Assembly: GCA_046594105.1 (NCBI GenBank)
Contig: JBKJQB010000248.1
Span: forward strand, 4,598-68,597
Direction of reading: 5' to 3'
DNA: 64,000 bases
DNA from: Thermoanaerobaculia bacterium
GTDB lineage: Bacteria > Acidobacteriota > Thermoanaerobaculia > Gp7-AA8
The notes beneath the pieces are model-generated. The model searched no databases, was not told the DNA's origin, and saw nothing but the letters and a program-made list of their open reading frames with translations. A program made the translations under genes and the position numbers. Of the stretch, positions 40,578-49,641 are shown in pieces; position 1 is the stretch's first letter, and each line of letters begins with the position of its first letter.

Positions 40578-41069
40578 TCAGCGCGTCGATCGCTCCACCC
40601 GTTTCGACTTTTCGATCACTCCCGCTGCCATTGCTGCTCGCATGCTGGTGAGCCGGGTGGCCACTGCAGCGTCGCTGATGGCGATGATCTGCGCGGCGAG
40701 AATGCCAGCATTGCGCGCACCGCCGATGGCCACGGTGGCCACCGGAATTCCCGGCGGCATCTGCACGATTGCCAGCAGCGAGTCGAACCCCAGCAGCGCA
40801 CTTCCGCTGAGAGGAACACCGATCACCGGTTTCGTGGTCAGCGACGCGATGACCCCTGGAAGATGCGCGGCCAGTCCCGCCCCGGCAATGAACACCTTTG
40901 CCCCATCGCGCTCCGCCTCGGTCACCACCTGCTGCGTGCGCTCCGGCGTCCGATGCGCCGAGGCCACTTTCATCTCGTACCGCACTCCCGCTTCGTCGAG
41001 GGCGGCGCAAGCCTGCGACATCACCTCAGCGTCGGAGTCACTTCCCATCACAATGCAGACCCAGGACAT
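40578..41069 (-). CDS. purE: N5-carboxyaminoimidazole ribonucleotide mutase
   Basis: IVMGSDSD...ASAHRTPER...FIAGAGLAAHLPGV signature. Confidence 0.9.
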   Translation of the reverse strand: MSWVCIVMGSDSDAEVMSQACAALDEAGVRYEMKVASAHRTPERTQQVVTEAERDGAKVFIAGAGLAAHLPGVIASLTTKPVIGVPLSGSALLGFDSLLAIVQMPPGIPVATVAIGGARNAGILAAQIIAISDAAVATRLTSMRAAMAAGVIEKSKRVERSTR

Positions 41070-41136
41070 GGAGGGAGATGGTATTCGTCTGTCGGGTGAA
41101 GGGGAAGTGCCGTGGCAAATCCGCGCTGCCGGCAGC

Positions 41137-42408
41137 CTACTTGCGGCGTTCGAGCGCGAGGTAGCCGATGTCTCGGCGGTAACGTGCGCCTTCGAAGCGG
41201 ATCTTCGGCACGGCCTCGTAGACCTTTGCCAGCGCCTCGCCGAGGGTGACGGCGCGCGCGCAGACGCTGATCACACGGCCGGCGACGTTCACCAGCTTCT
41301 CGCCCTTGCGGATCGTTCCGGCGTGGAAAAGCTGCACCGATTCATCGGTCAGCGGATCGAGGGCCACTTCCTGGCCTTTGAGGAACTCGTCCGGGTACCC
41401 GTCGACCACGACTACCACGCAGGCAGCCGCTTCCTTCTTCCAGTTCAGCTTCGTGTCGCCGAGGCTGCCGTTGGCCACCTTCAGGCAAAGCTCGGCCAGG
41501 TCGTCTTCCAGCCGCAACATCTGCACCTGCGTCTCCGGATCGCCGAACCGGCAGTTGTACTCCAGTACGCGCGGCCCTTTCGACGTGAGCATGACACCCG
41601 CGTAAAGGCAACCTGAATACGATCGTCCCTCGGACTCCATCCCCTGAATGGTGGGAATGATGATGGTCTTGACGATCTCGGCAGCAACCTCGCCGCCCAG
41701 AACCACCGCCGGGGAGTGGGAGCCCATGCCGCCTGTGTTCGGCCCCGTGTCGCCATCGAATGCCTTCTTGTAGTCTTTCGCAGGAGCGAGGGATACGAAC
41801 TTTTTCCCGTCCGTGATGACCATGAATGAGACTTCTTCTCCCTCGAGATACTCCTCGACGAGAATCCTGGCCGCCGCGTTTCCAAACTTCTTGTCCTCGA
41901 ACACGATGCGCAAGTAGTCGTCCGCTTCCTTTTTTGACTGGACGACGACCACGCCCTTCCCCGCAGCGAGCCCATCCACTTTGACCACGGCTGGATACCC
42001 GAACGACTTGATCGCGTCGCGCGCTTCCTCCACCGAGCTGCACGACTTCGCCTCGGCTGTCGGGATGTTGTACTTACGCATGAACTCTTTGGAGAAGACT
42101 TTGGAGCCCTCCAGCTCCGCCGCCAGGCGGGTGGGGCCGAAGATGGCCAGCCCTCGTTTCTGGAATTCGTCGACGATGCCAAGGGTGAGGGGAAGCTCGG
42201 GACCGACGATGGTGAGGTCCATTTTCAGCTTCTCGGCGAAGTCCGCGAGCTCGATGATGTCCGCGACGCCAATGTTCACGCAGTCGGCCACGGCAGCGAT
42301 GCCGGCGTTTCCCGGCGCGGCGTAAACCTCTTTGACCAGAGGCGACTGCCGCAGCTTCCAGATAATGGCGTGCTCGCGTGCCGCCTGCCCCACAACCAGT
42401 ATGCGCAT
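41137..42408 (-). CDS. purD: Phosphoribosylamine--glycine ligase
   Basis: MRILVVGQAAREHAIIWKL N-terminus. ATP-grasp motifs. 423 aa. Confidence 0.9.
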   Translation of the reverse strand: MRILVVGQAAREHAIIWKLRQSPLVKEVYAAPGNAGIAAVADCVNIGVADIIELADFAEKLKMDLTIVGPELPLTLGIVDEFQKRGLAIFGPTRLAAELEGSKVFSKEFMRKYNIPTAEAKSCSSVEEARDAIKSFGYPAVVKVDGLAAGKGVVVVQSKKEADDYLRIVFEDKKFGNAAARILVEEYLEGEEVSFMVITDGKKFVSLAPAKDYKKAFDGDTGPNTGGMGSHSPAVVLGGEVAAEIVKTIIIPTIQGMESEGRSYSGCLYAGVMLTSKGPRVLEYNCRFGDPETQVQMLRLEDDLAELCLKVANGSLGDTKLNWKKEAAACVVVVVDGYPDEFLKGQEVALDPLTDESVQLFHAGTIRKGEKLVNVAGRVISVCARAVTLGEALAKVYEAVPKIRFEGARYRRDIGYLALERRK

Positions 42409-42604
42409 AAGTGAGAAGTCGTTTGATTCTAAGGTGTTCGGCCGATTTTGTCACCCACGATTATGCGAGGCCGCCGCTGTTTGGTTGATCGGGAACTCAC
42501 GAACCGTGATCCCTCCCCGACGAGAAGCCTGCCAGCCCGGCCGGGGCTGGAAACCAATGGTTCCGGCTCGAATTCGCTTCAAGGACACTGCCTTTGGAGT
42601 TGCC

Positions 42605-42743
42605 CAGGAGCCTGCGCGGCAGAACGTCTTGGAGCGTGATCCTGGCGGAGCCTTGGGCAACCAACGCCGCCGGCCGTGCCGGCCTTGGAGCGTGATCTTG
42701 GCGGAGCCTTGGGCAACCAGCGCCGCCGGCCGTGCCGGCCTAG
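42605..42743 (+). repeat. REP-like repeat family A, forward copy with internal duplication of the 3' ~58 bp
   Basis: CAGGAGCCTGCGCGGCAGAACGTCTTGGAGCGTGATCCTGGCGGAGCCTTGGGCAACCAACGCCGCCGGCCGTGCCGGCC, followed by a second TTGGAGCGTGATCTTGGCGGAGCCTTGGGCAACCAGCGCCGCCGGCCGTGCCGGCCTAG. Confidence 0.85.
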
Positions 42744-42777
42744 ACGCTTTTCGTGGCCCCCGCGTACTTGTGTCACG

Positions 42778-43398
42778 ATGCCTGCGGAACTGCGACTGAT
42801 GATCCCTACGAACGAGCCCGTAGAATCCGACGACCGTTTGCTGGTCGAGCAGATCCGCGGGGGCGACGAAGGAGCCTTCGAACAGCTCGTCCGCAGGAAG
42901 ACCTCGAAGATCTACGCGCTCTGCTACCGGGTGATCGGAAACGCCGAAGACGCGAAAGACGTCTCGCAGCTGGTGTTTCTCAAGCTGTGGGAAAACCTCG
43001 ACAAGTACGACCCGAGCTACGCCTTCGATACCTGGCTGTACCGGCTGGTCACCAACGTGGGGATCGACTTCCTGCGCAACCGGAAGTCGCGCGAGAATGC
43101 GGTGAATTCGAACCTTCGCCTGGTCAAGACCTCGACCGACGCGGAGCAGACCGTGAGCGTGCAGCGCAAGGAGATCGAGCTGGTCTTCCAGCAGGTGTCC
43201 TCCACGCTGTCCCCGAAGCAGAAGACCGTCTTCGTCATGGCTGAAATGGAGGACCTCCGATCCTCCGAGATTGCCAAGATTCTCGGTTGCCGCGAATCCA
43301 CCGTGCGCAACCATCTGTTCAACGCTCGAAAACTCATGCAGCAGCAACTGAAACTACGCTTTCCCGAGTACGCGAAACTCTGGAAGGAGGCGCGATGA
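42778..43398 (+). CDS. RNA polymerase ECF sigma factor
   Basis: Region 2 YALCYRVIGNAEDAKDVSQLVFLKLWE. Region 4 LRSSEIAKILGCRESTVRNHLFNARK. The printed ORF from 42676 runs through the REP element, so the Met at 42778 was chosen. Confidence 0.85.
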   Translation: MPAELRLMIPTNEPVESDDRLLVEQIRGGDEGAFEQLVRRKTSKIYALCYRVIGNAEDAKDVSQLVFLKLWENLDKYDPSYAFDTWLYRLVTNVGIDFLRNRKSRENAVNSNLRLVKTSTDAEQTVSVQRKEIELVFQQVSSTLSPKQKTVFVMAEMEDLRSSEIAKILGCRESTVRNHLFNARKLMQQQLKLRFPEYAKLWKEAR

Positions 43399-43919
43399 TC
43401 TCCTGCCAGACCTTCCGCAACACCCTGCAGCCGGGGACCGGCGATCCTGCTGTGCTCGAACACCTGCGCGCATGCGAGGCCTGTCTGGACTTCGCGATCG
43501 AGCGCGATCCCGACCTCTTCTTTCGGGCCATGGGTGGGCAGGAACTGCTTCCTCCCGGAGGCGTCGACAGCTTCGTCGAAGAGGTGATGACCCAGGTTCG
43601 CAGTCGCCAGACGGAAACTGCCGCGCAGCCACAGCGGATCGGAAGCGTCTGGCAGCGGTTCGCCGTGGCCGCCACGCTGGCGGCGGGAATCACCGGGGCG
43701 GCGTTCGTCGCCCAGCACGATCGCGCCGTCAGTTCCATGGCATCCGCAAGCTACGCTCGCCCGACGCATCGCACCTCGAAACCGGTCGCGCTGGTGACGA
43801 AACCGATCATCGAATCGTATGAATCTCAGAACTACACCATTGTCGAAGTGCCTTCGGACGCATCGAGCGATACGAAGGTGGTCATGATCTTTGACGACCA
43901 GCTGCCGGCGGATCTATGA
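43395..43919 (+). CDS. Anti-sigma factor (zf-HC2 motif, single TM helix)
   Basis: Start overlaps the sigma stop (ATGA). HLRACEACLDF motif. TM helix FAVAATLAAGITGAAFV. Confidence 0.7.
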   Translation: MISCQTFRNTLQPGTGDPAVLEHLRACEACLDFAIERDPDLFFRAMGGQELLPPGGVDSFVEEVMTQVRSRQTETAAQPQRIGSVWQRFAVAATLAAGITGAAFVAQHDRAVSSMASASYARPTHRTSKPVALVTKPIIESYESQNYTIVEVPSDASSDTKVVMIFDDQLPADL

Positions 43920-44605
43920 AGCTGAAACGAACGATTGTCGTGATTCTCTCGAGCTTTCTCCTGGCCGCGACGGCGATGGCGGAGTCCGCCGATGCGGGCC
44001 GCTCTCTCTCCGTCCACACCTTCGCCTTCAAGTTCAAGGATGCGGAGAAGGCTGCATCCGCCATCAAGTCCCTGGTCAGCGCGGACGGCTCGATGTCGAT
44101 TCAGCCGGCCAGCAACTCGCTCGTGGTGACCGACCGGGCGGAGAATCTCAAGGCCATCACCAAAGCCCTGTTGGACTTCGATACCGATGCGCAGATGTTT
44201 CGGCTCTCGGTGAGGATCGTTTCGGCGTCGCGAGTAGAGGGCAACGCTCCCAAGGTTCCCGGCGATCTCAAGGATGTCGCTCAGAAACTGGCCCTGTTCC
44301 GCTACAACGCCTTTGAGAACTCAGGCGAAGCGAACGTGGTCGGAAAAGAAGGCGATGCCGGCATCGTGGACATGGCCACCGGCTTCCGCGCCGACTTCCG
44401 TTTCGGCGAATACGACCCGGCCAGCGACTCAATCAAGGTCAACGACTTCCATCTCTCGCGGCTTCAGGGCGCACAAAAAGACCAGCTCACGTCGCTGCTC
44501 AAAACCTCGCTCAATCTTCGACTCGGACAAACCTACATCGTTGGCGCAACCAAGGCTCCGCAAAGCCAGCGCGCGCTCATGATCGTGCTGGTCGCCCACC
44601 GATAG
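43916..44605 (+). CDS. Periplasmic protein with secretin/TonB N-terminal short-domain-like fold (Secretin_N/STN-like)
   Basis: Signal peptide. Segment NSLVVTDRAENLKAITKALLDFDTDAQMFRLSVRIV matches the (T/S)NSL(I/V)V...L..LD....QV.IE pattern of secretin N-domains. Start overlaps the anti-sigma stop. Confidence 0.5.
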   Translation: MKLKRTIVVILSSFLLAATAMAESADAGRSLSVHTFAFKFKDAEKAASAIKSLVSADGSMSIQPASNSLVVTDRAENLKAITKALLDFDTDAQMFRLSVRIVSASRVEGNAPKVPGDLKDVAQKLALFRYNAFENSGEANVVGKEGDAGIVDMATGFRADFRFGEYDPASDSIKVNDFHLSRLQGAQKDQLTSLLKTSLNLRLGQTYIVGATKAPQSQRALMIVLVAHR

Positions 44606-44626
44606 GCGGCCCTTTCTCCTACTCAT

Positions 44627-44668
44627 CGGGGCGCGGCATCACACCCTCGTGCCGCGCCCCACTTTTTG
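44627..44668 (+). terminator. Rho-independent terminator after the secretin_N-like gene
   Basis: GGGGCGCGGCA-(12 nt loop)-TGCCGCGCCCC perfect 11-bp stem followed by ACTTTTTG. Confidence 0.75.
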
Positions 44669-44716
44669 ATGAGCGGACATCCAACCTGAAGCATCACGCC
44701 CTCTGTCGGACTGCTG

Positions 44717-44824
44717 GTGTGGCGCGGCCGTCCTCGGCCGCATTTGTTCTTGGAGACGCGGCCGGGACGGCCGCGCCACACGCCGCATTGGTCCTGGAGA
44801 CGCGGCCGGGACGGCCGCCCCACA
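44717..44824. repeat. Cluster of three ~30-nt GC-rich palindromic REP units (one inverted plus two direct)
   Basis: GTGTGGCGCGGCCGTCC ... GGACGGCCGCGCCACAC is a perfect 17-bp inverted repeat (44717-44781). A second direct copy GGAGACGCGGCCGGGACGGCCGCCCCACAC lies at 44795-44824. Each unit holds the small hairpin GCGGCCG-N3/4-CGGCCGC. The cluster sits 3' of polX. Confidence 0.85.
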
Positions 44825-44848
44825 CGACAGGCTCGCGATGACTGCGGT

Positions 44849-46588
44849 TCACACCCCGAGAGCTTTCTTCGCCGCCTTGCTTCGCGACGTCAGCGCGGCC
44901 GCTACTTCGTCAGCCGGCTTCGTGTTGAAGATCTGCTTCGGTGAGAGCCCTGCCTTGCGCGCCACCCAGCTGCCCGTCAGCAACGCACCATACTCGCGAA
45001 CGGAGTGCGCATCGGGGTTGATGGAGAACTGCACACCGAGATCGAGCGCTCGCCGCACATGACGCCAATCGAGATCGAGACGGTTCGGGTTGCCGTTGAT
45101 CTCGATCATCACTCCACGCTGGCCGGCCCGCTCGAACACCCGATCGAAATCGAGGGTGTATCCGTCGCGTGCCAGCAGCTTCCTTCCTGTGAGGTGCCCG
45201 AGGAAGGTGACGAATGGGTTGTCGAGGGCGGTGAGGAGGCGCTCTGTCATCTCGTCCTTCGGCATGCCGAATCGCGAATGGATGGAGGCGATCACGAAAT
45301 CGAGAGTGGCCAGCGTTTCCGCCGGATAATCGATCGTCCCGTCGGGCAGGATGTCCGCCTCGGTGCCTCGGAAGATCGTCATCGGCGCGGCCTTCTTCCG
45401 TTCCGAGTCGATCTCTCGATGCTGCTCGCGAAGTCGCTCGGTGGAGAGTCCGCCCGCGTAGTGCGCGGCAGGCGAGTGATCGGAAAGTCCGACATACTCC
45501 AGGCCGGCTTCGCCCGCCGCCCCAAGCATCTCTGCGATCGAGTTACGCCCGTCCGAGTAGGTCGTGTGCACGTGAAAGGTTCCGCGAAGATCCTCTCGCG
45601 AGACAAGGCTGCGGCGACCTTTGCGCTTGAGATCCTCCGCCGTCTCTCGACGCTCCGGTTCCACGAAGGGCAGACCAGCTTTTTCGAAAAGCCCCGCTTC
45701 CGTGACCTCGCGTACCGGCTTGCCTGCGGCGAACAACGCTCCGTCCCGCCACTCGAATCCAGATCGCCGCGTGAACTCGTTCACGAACTCCTCGGTGCCG
45801 GTGGTGCGCAGCAGTGTCGAGGCGAAGGACTCCGGTGACGCCAGGTGGATGTACACGTCGATCTCGCCCAGAGCAGTGCCTCTGATGGTGTCCGCATCGA
45901 GGTCGGCCGGGTTCTCCAGCAACTTGGCCATGGCAGCGCTCACGGCTTCCCGATCGCGTGTCTTCACCACGACATTCACGTTGCGGATGACCTCCAGCCG
46001 GCGTCTCACGCTTCCGGACACTTCGGCGTCTTCGACTTCGGCGATCGAGGCCAGCTGCTGCAGGAGGGTGACAGCGACCTCCAGCCCGGCCGGCAACAGG
46101 AAGTGCGACTCCCGCCGGCGCGCCTTTTCGATTCCATCCAGGATCTTCTGCTGCGTTTTTGCTCCGAAGCCGGGAAGCTTCGCCAGCCGCCCTTCGCGGC
46201 CGGCCGCCTCGAGCTGGTCGAGACTCCCCACGCCGAGCTTCTCGTGAACGATCGCAATTTTCTTCAATCCAAAACCGGGAACGCGCAGCAGGTCGAAAAT
46301 GCCTGGCGGATAACGACCGCGCAACTCGTCCAGATAGCTCGACTGACCGGTGCGATCGAGCTCTTCGATCACCGCGGCGGTGGCCTTGCCGATTCCCGGC
46401 GTCGCCGTCAGCTCTCCCGCAGCGATCAACTCGTCGATCGGTCGCTCCACGGCGCGCAGGCTGTCCGCCGCGCGTTGAAACGCGAGAGCCTTGAAGCGAT
46501 TGGATTCGCTGAGCTCCAAATAGCGCGAGATTTCATTCAGCGCGCGCGCGATGTCCCACTTTTCCATGCGATCGAGCGGCCCGCTCAT
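44849..46588 (-). CDS. polX: DNA polymerase X family protein with C-terminal PHP phosphoesterase domain
   Basis: Pol beta-like HhH motifs LLRVPGFGLKKIAIV and LPGFGAKTQQKI. Nucleotidyltransferase core GSVRRRLEVIRNVNVV. PHP motifs HVHTTYSDG...GLSDHS. Confidence 0.9.
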   Translation of the reverse strand: MSGPLDRMEKWDIARALNEISRYLELSESNRFKALAFQRAADSLRAVERPIDELIAAGELTATPGIGKATAAVIEELDRTGQSSYLDELRGRYPPGIFDLLRVPGFGLKKIAIVHEKLGVGSLDQLEAAGREGRLAKLPGFGAKTQQKILDGIEKARRRESHFLLPAGLEVAVTLLQQLASIAEVEDAEVSGSVRRRLEVIRNVNVVVKTRDREAVSAAMAKLLENPADLDADTIRGTALGEIDVYIHLASPESFASTLLRTTGTEEFVNEFTRRSGFEWRDGALFAAGKPVREVTEAGLFEKAGLPFVEPERRETAEDLKRKGRRSLVSREDLRGTFHVHTTYSDGRNSIAEMLGAAGEAGLEYVGLSDHSPAAHYAGGLSTERLREQHREIDSERKKAAPMTIFRGTEADILPDGTIDYPAETLATLDFVIASIHSRFGMPKDEMTERLLTALDNPFVTFLGHLTGRKLLARDGYTLDFDRVFERAGQRGVMIEINGNPNRLDLDWRHVRRALDLGVQFSINPDAHSVREYGALLTGSWVARKAGLSPKQIFNTKPADEVAAALTSRSKAAKKALGV

Positions 46589-46614
46589 CTCCTCGGACTC
46601 GCTATGATCCTCCC

Positions 46615-47292
46615 ATGCAATCCCGCGACCGTCTCATCGTGGCCCTCGACCGATCGTCGCGCGACGAGATCCTCCGTCTTGCCGACCAGCTCCAGGAAGA
46701 AGTGGGCATGTTCAAGGTCGGATTGCAGGCCTTCATCAGCAATGGGCCTTCGATTGTCCAGGAGCTGACCGCAAGGGGAGCGCGAATTTTCCTCGATCTG
46801 AAAATCCATGACATCCCCAACACGGCCCAGCACGCCGTCGCGGCCTGCGCGTCCATGGGGGCGGCGATGACTACGGTGCACGCCGCAGGGGGCGCGGCCA
46901 TGATGGAAGCCTGCGCCAATGAGACGATGCTGGTCCTGGCCGTTACGGTCCTGACCAGCCTGAATGCGGCCGCTTTGGACGAGACCGGCGTTCGGGACAC
47001 ACCGCTCGAGCAGGTGGTGCGCATGGCCAGACTGGCTCAACGGGCAGGACTGCGAGGGGTGGTGGCCTCGCCTCAGGAGATCGAGGCCATTCGCGAGCAT
47101 TGCGGGAAAGACTTCGTGATCGTGACTCCCGGAATCCGGCCCGAGGGCTCGGCGGCGGACGATCAGCAGAGAACGAAAACGCCCGCCGCGGCAGTCGCGG
47201 CGGGCGCAGATTACATCGTTGTGGGACGGCCGATCACCGGCGCCGCCGATCCGAGAGGAGCGGCGCGCGCGGTAGTCGACAGCCTATCGTGA
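46615..47292 (+). CDS. pyrF: Orotidine 5'-phosphate decarboxylase
   Basis: LIVALD...FKVGL...IFLDLKIHDIPNT signature. 225 aa. Confidence 0.9.
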   Translation: MQSRDRLIVALDRSSRDEILRLADQLQEEVGMFKVGLQAFISNGPSIVQELTARGARIFLDLKIHDIPNTAQHAVAACASMGAAMTTVHAAGGAAMMEACANETMLVLAVTVLTSLNAAALDETGVRDTPLEQVVRMARLAQRAGLRGVVASPQEIEAIREHCGKDFVIVTPGIRPEGSAADDQQRTKTPAAAVAAGADYIVVGRPITGAADPRGAARAVVDSLS

Positions 47293-47727
47293 TCCGCTCG
47301 AACGTCGGCGGGTGACGCAGTTTGATCCTGGACCGTTGAAGAAGACCTTCTGGCTGGCGAACTGGCGGCGGTTGCCGTTCGCATCCGTACCGACCGCGCG
47401 CAGCAGATGCTCCCCGCGCGCCGTCGCATCGAGGTTCACACCGATCCGGAAGGGGCTGACCGGAGTGGACGAGGGGATGTCAATGCGTGCCGGCCCGGTC
47501 AGCGACGCCGACCCGAGCGAGCCACCATCGAGGAACAACTCGACGTTGTTGATTCGGGATGCGCCGGTGACCCATCCGTGAATCTCCGCGCCGGCGCAGG
47601 TGAGTCCGGCGATCCCGTCGAACTCGATGCGGCCGGTGATCTGTCCGCACGCGCCGTAGGTCTGCAGGCCGGTCTGATCGCCGATGACGTAAACGTACGG
47701 GCCGACCACGACCGGATTCGACTTCAC
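47284..47727 (-). CDS. Probable C-terminal continuation of the upstream beta-propeller gene, in the same frame after a TAG stop and a 17-codon bridge (possible pseudogene, sequencing error, or separate small gene)
   Basis: The frame is identical to 47779..48822. Translating the gap gives GSFNRNYEQVSYTQSDE, then V(GTG)KSNPVVVGPYVYVIGDQTGLQTY..., which continues the same beta-rich repeat style. Confidence 0.4.
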   Translation of the reverse strand: MKSNPVVVGPYVYVIGDQTGLQTYGACGQITGRIEFDGIAGLTCAGAEIHGWVTGASRINNVELFLDGGSLGSASLTGPARIDIPSSTPVSPFRIGVNLDATARGEHLLRAVGTDANGNRRQFASQKVFFNGPGSNCVTRRRSSGSR

Positions 47728-47778
47728 CTCATCGCTCTGTGTGTAGGAGACCTGTTCGTAATTCCGGTTGAAGCTTCC

Positions 47779-48822
47779 CTAATAGATGGGAACCGTGTAA
47801 TCGAAGACGTCGAACGCGATCGTCCGTGCCGGCTGCAGGGTGTGCGGGTCCAGCTCATCGATCAGCGTGATCAGCCGGTTGGTCTGATCGTCGATGGTCG
47901 CCTGCGGATGAAAGACCACCGGGTTGGAACGATCGATCCCGATCGCCGCGGTGGTGTGATAAGTCAGCGGGTTGAAGAACAGGGCCGTCGAGGGCGCTCC
48001 GCTGGCGGGCGGGTTGATGCCGTAGGTCAGGATCGCGTTCGGGCTTCCCACCGCCAGAAAATTGGTTCCGTTACTGACGAGAAAGGTTCCCGGCGTGCCG
48101 ACGGCGGAGAACACCAGGGGTGCGGCGCGATTGGTGATGTCGAACGCCCACGTGCCGGTAAGGCTGGTCGCGAAGAGGTATCCGTAGTTGAAAGCGATGT
48201 CGTTGAACCCGGCGTACGGGCTGATCAGCGTGGTGATCCCGCCCACGCGCGTCGGCGCCAGCCGGTTGCTGATGTCGTACAGGTCGATGGTGTTGAAGCA
48301 GTTGTTCGAGCCGTTGGCGAAACAGGGCAGATCGGTCGCAGGGTAAAGGCCCGCCACCGTGTTGCCATTCACGGCCAGACGGCGATAGCGGAGACCGGGA
48401 GTGCGCGAAACCAACAGAGGAGCGGTGCCGCCGGCGCGAACGCCGCGCAGGTCGTAGATCTCCAGGCCGGACTCGCTGCTGACGTAGAGGAACCCGTTGC
48501 TGAAGGCCACCCCTCCGTTGACGTCACGACCGGCCAGAGAGCCGATCAGGTCCTCGCGGTCGACCTTCATGTCGCCGAGGTCCGTCACCGAGTAGGTCGT
48601 CAGCGTCTGGCCCCGGAGAGCGAAGACCTGAGCGCCGGAGCGGAACACCCCGTGCGGCGACTCATAAAACGGCGAGGCCGGAGGGTTGGTCGAGACCAGG
48701 GTTAGGGGACAACTGGCCTGAAACTGACCGAGGACGGTCGTGGCCGAAAGAAGGACAACCGCAGAAACCGCGAGAGCGATCCGTGAACCAACGCGCATAC
48801 AAGCCTCCCAAAACCACCCCAA
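47779..48822 (-). CDS. Secreted beta-propeller-type repeat protein (LVIVD-repeat-like)
   Basis: Signal peptide. Repeated G(F/Y)LYV..x..GLxIYDL/ISN...P-type units (GFLYVSSESGLEIYDLRG, NTIDLYDISNRLAP, GYLFATSLTGTWAFDITNRAAP). Confidence 0.6.
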   Translation of the reverse strand: MGWFWEACMRVGSRIALAVSAVVLLSATTVLGQFQASCPLTLVSTNPPASPFYESPHGVFRSGAQVFALRGQTLTTYSVTDLGDMKVDREDLIGSLAGRDVNGGVAFSNGFLYVSSESGLEIYDLRGVRAGGTAPLLVSRTPGLRYRRLAVNGNTVAGLYPATDLPCFANGSNNCFNTIDLYDISNRLAPTRVGGITTLISPYAGFNDIAFNYGYLFATSLTGTWAFDITNRAAPLVFSAVGTPGTFLVSNGTNFLAVGSPNAILTYGINPPASGAPSTALFFNPLTYHTTAAIGIDRSNPVVFHPQATIDDQTNRLITLIDELDPHTLQPARTIAFDVFDYTVPIY

Positions 48823-49005
48823 AACGCGCTCAACATGAGCAGAAACCGGATTCGTCTAAGGGGCTAACTATCTCTCAAGCGGCGACTTTTTTCAACCGGG
48901 GGTGCCTTTTCGCTGCGGTGTATCATGAGCCGCTCACCCCGGCCAGCGAGGGTTTGACCACGGAAACAACGGCCATCGACCTCTGCGTTCTCGGGTGAGA
49001 ATCTT

Positions 49006-49590
49006 ATGCTCGACGGTCACGTGCTCGTCCTCAACCGAGTCTTCCAGGCAGTGCAGATCACTTCCGCACGGCGGGCCCTCACCCTTCTCTACAAGGGTCA
49101 GGTCAAAGCCGTGGACTCGGAATACCGAACCTACGATTTTGTAAACTGGGCCGACATTCCGGTCCAGCCGGAAGACCACTTCGTCCGCACCCCCAACCGG
49201 AGCATCCTGATCCCCGCGGTCATCCAGCTCCTCTCCTTTGACCGCCTGCCGAGGCAGGAGGTGAAGTTCTCCCGCGGCAACATCTATCTGCGGGACGGGA
49301 ATCGCTGCCAGTACTGCGGCAGGAAGTTTTCCTCCTCCGAGCTGTCCCTCGATCACGTGATCCCCATCTCCCGCGGCGGCAAATCGAGCTGGGAGAACGT
49401 CGTGTGCGCCTGCCTTCCCTGCAATGTGCGGAAAGGAAACAAGTTGCTCAGCGAGTGCGCCGTACAGCTGATCCGTCATCCGGCGCGCCCGCGCTGGCAT
49501 CCGCTCCACCGCCTCCAGGGAAGGAACTTCCCCGACATCTGGAAGAACTTCCTCGACGAGGCGTACTGGAACGTGGAGCTCAAGGAGTAG
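49006..49590 (+). CDS. HNH endonuclease family protein
   Basis: CQYCG...LSLDHVIPISRGGKSSWENVVCACLPCNVRKGNK beta-beta-alpha-Me/zinc-finger HNH motif. Lower-GC flanks. Confidence 0.8.
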   Translation: MLDGHVLVLNRVFQAVQITSARRALTLLYKGQVKAVDSEYRTYDFVNWADIPVQPEDHFVRTPNRSILIPAVIQLLSFDRLPRQEVKFSRGNIYLRDGNRCQYCGRKFSSSELSLDHVIPISRGGKSSWENVVCACLPCNVRKGNKLLSECAVQLIRHPARPRWHPLHRLQGRNFPDIWKNFLDEAYWNVELKE

Positions 49591-49641
49591 TTGGGCGGAC
49601 GCAATAGCGGTCAGGCGACTCAACAGTTATAAAGTTCCAGC

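Noticed and set aside
47407-48705. 432-aa ORF on the plus strand
   Set aside because: Antisense to the beta-propeller gene. Composition (Arg/Gly/Asp-rich) is typical of a GC-rich off-frame, and there are no motifs.
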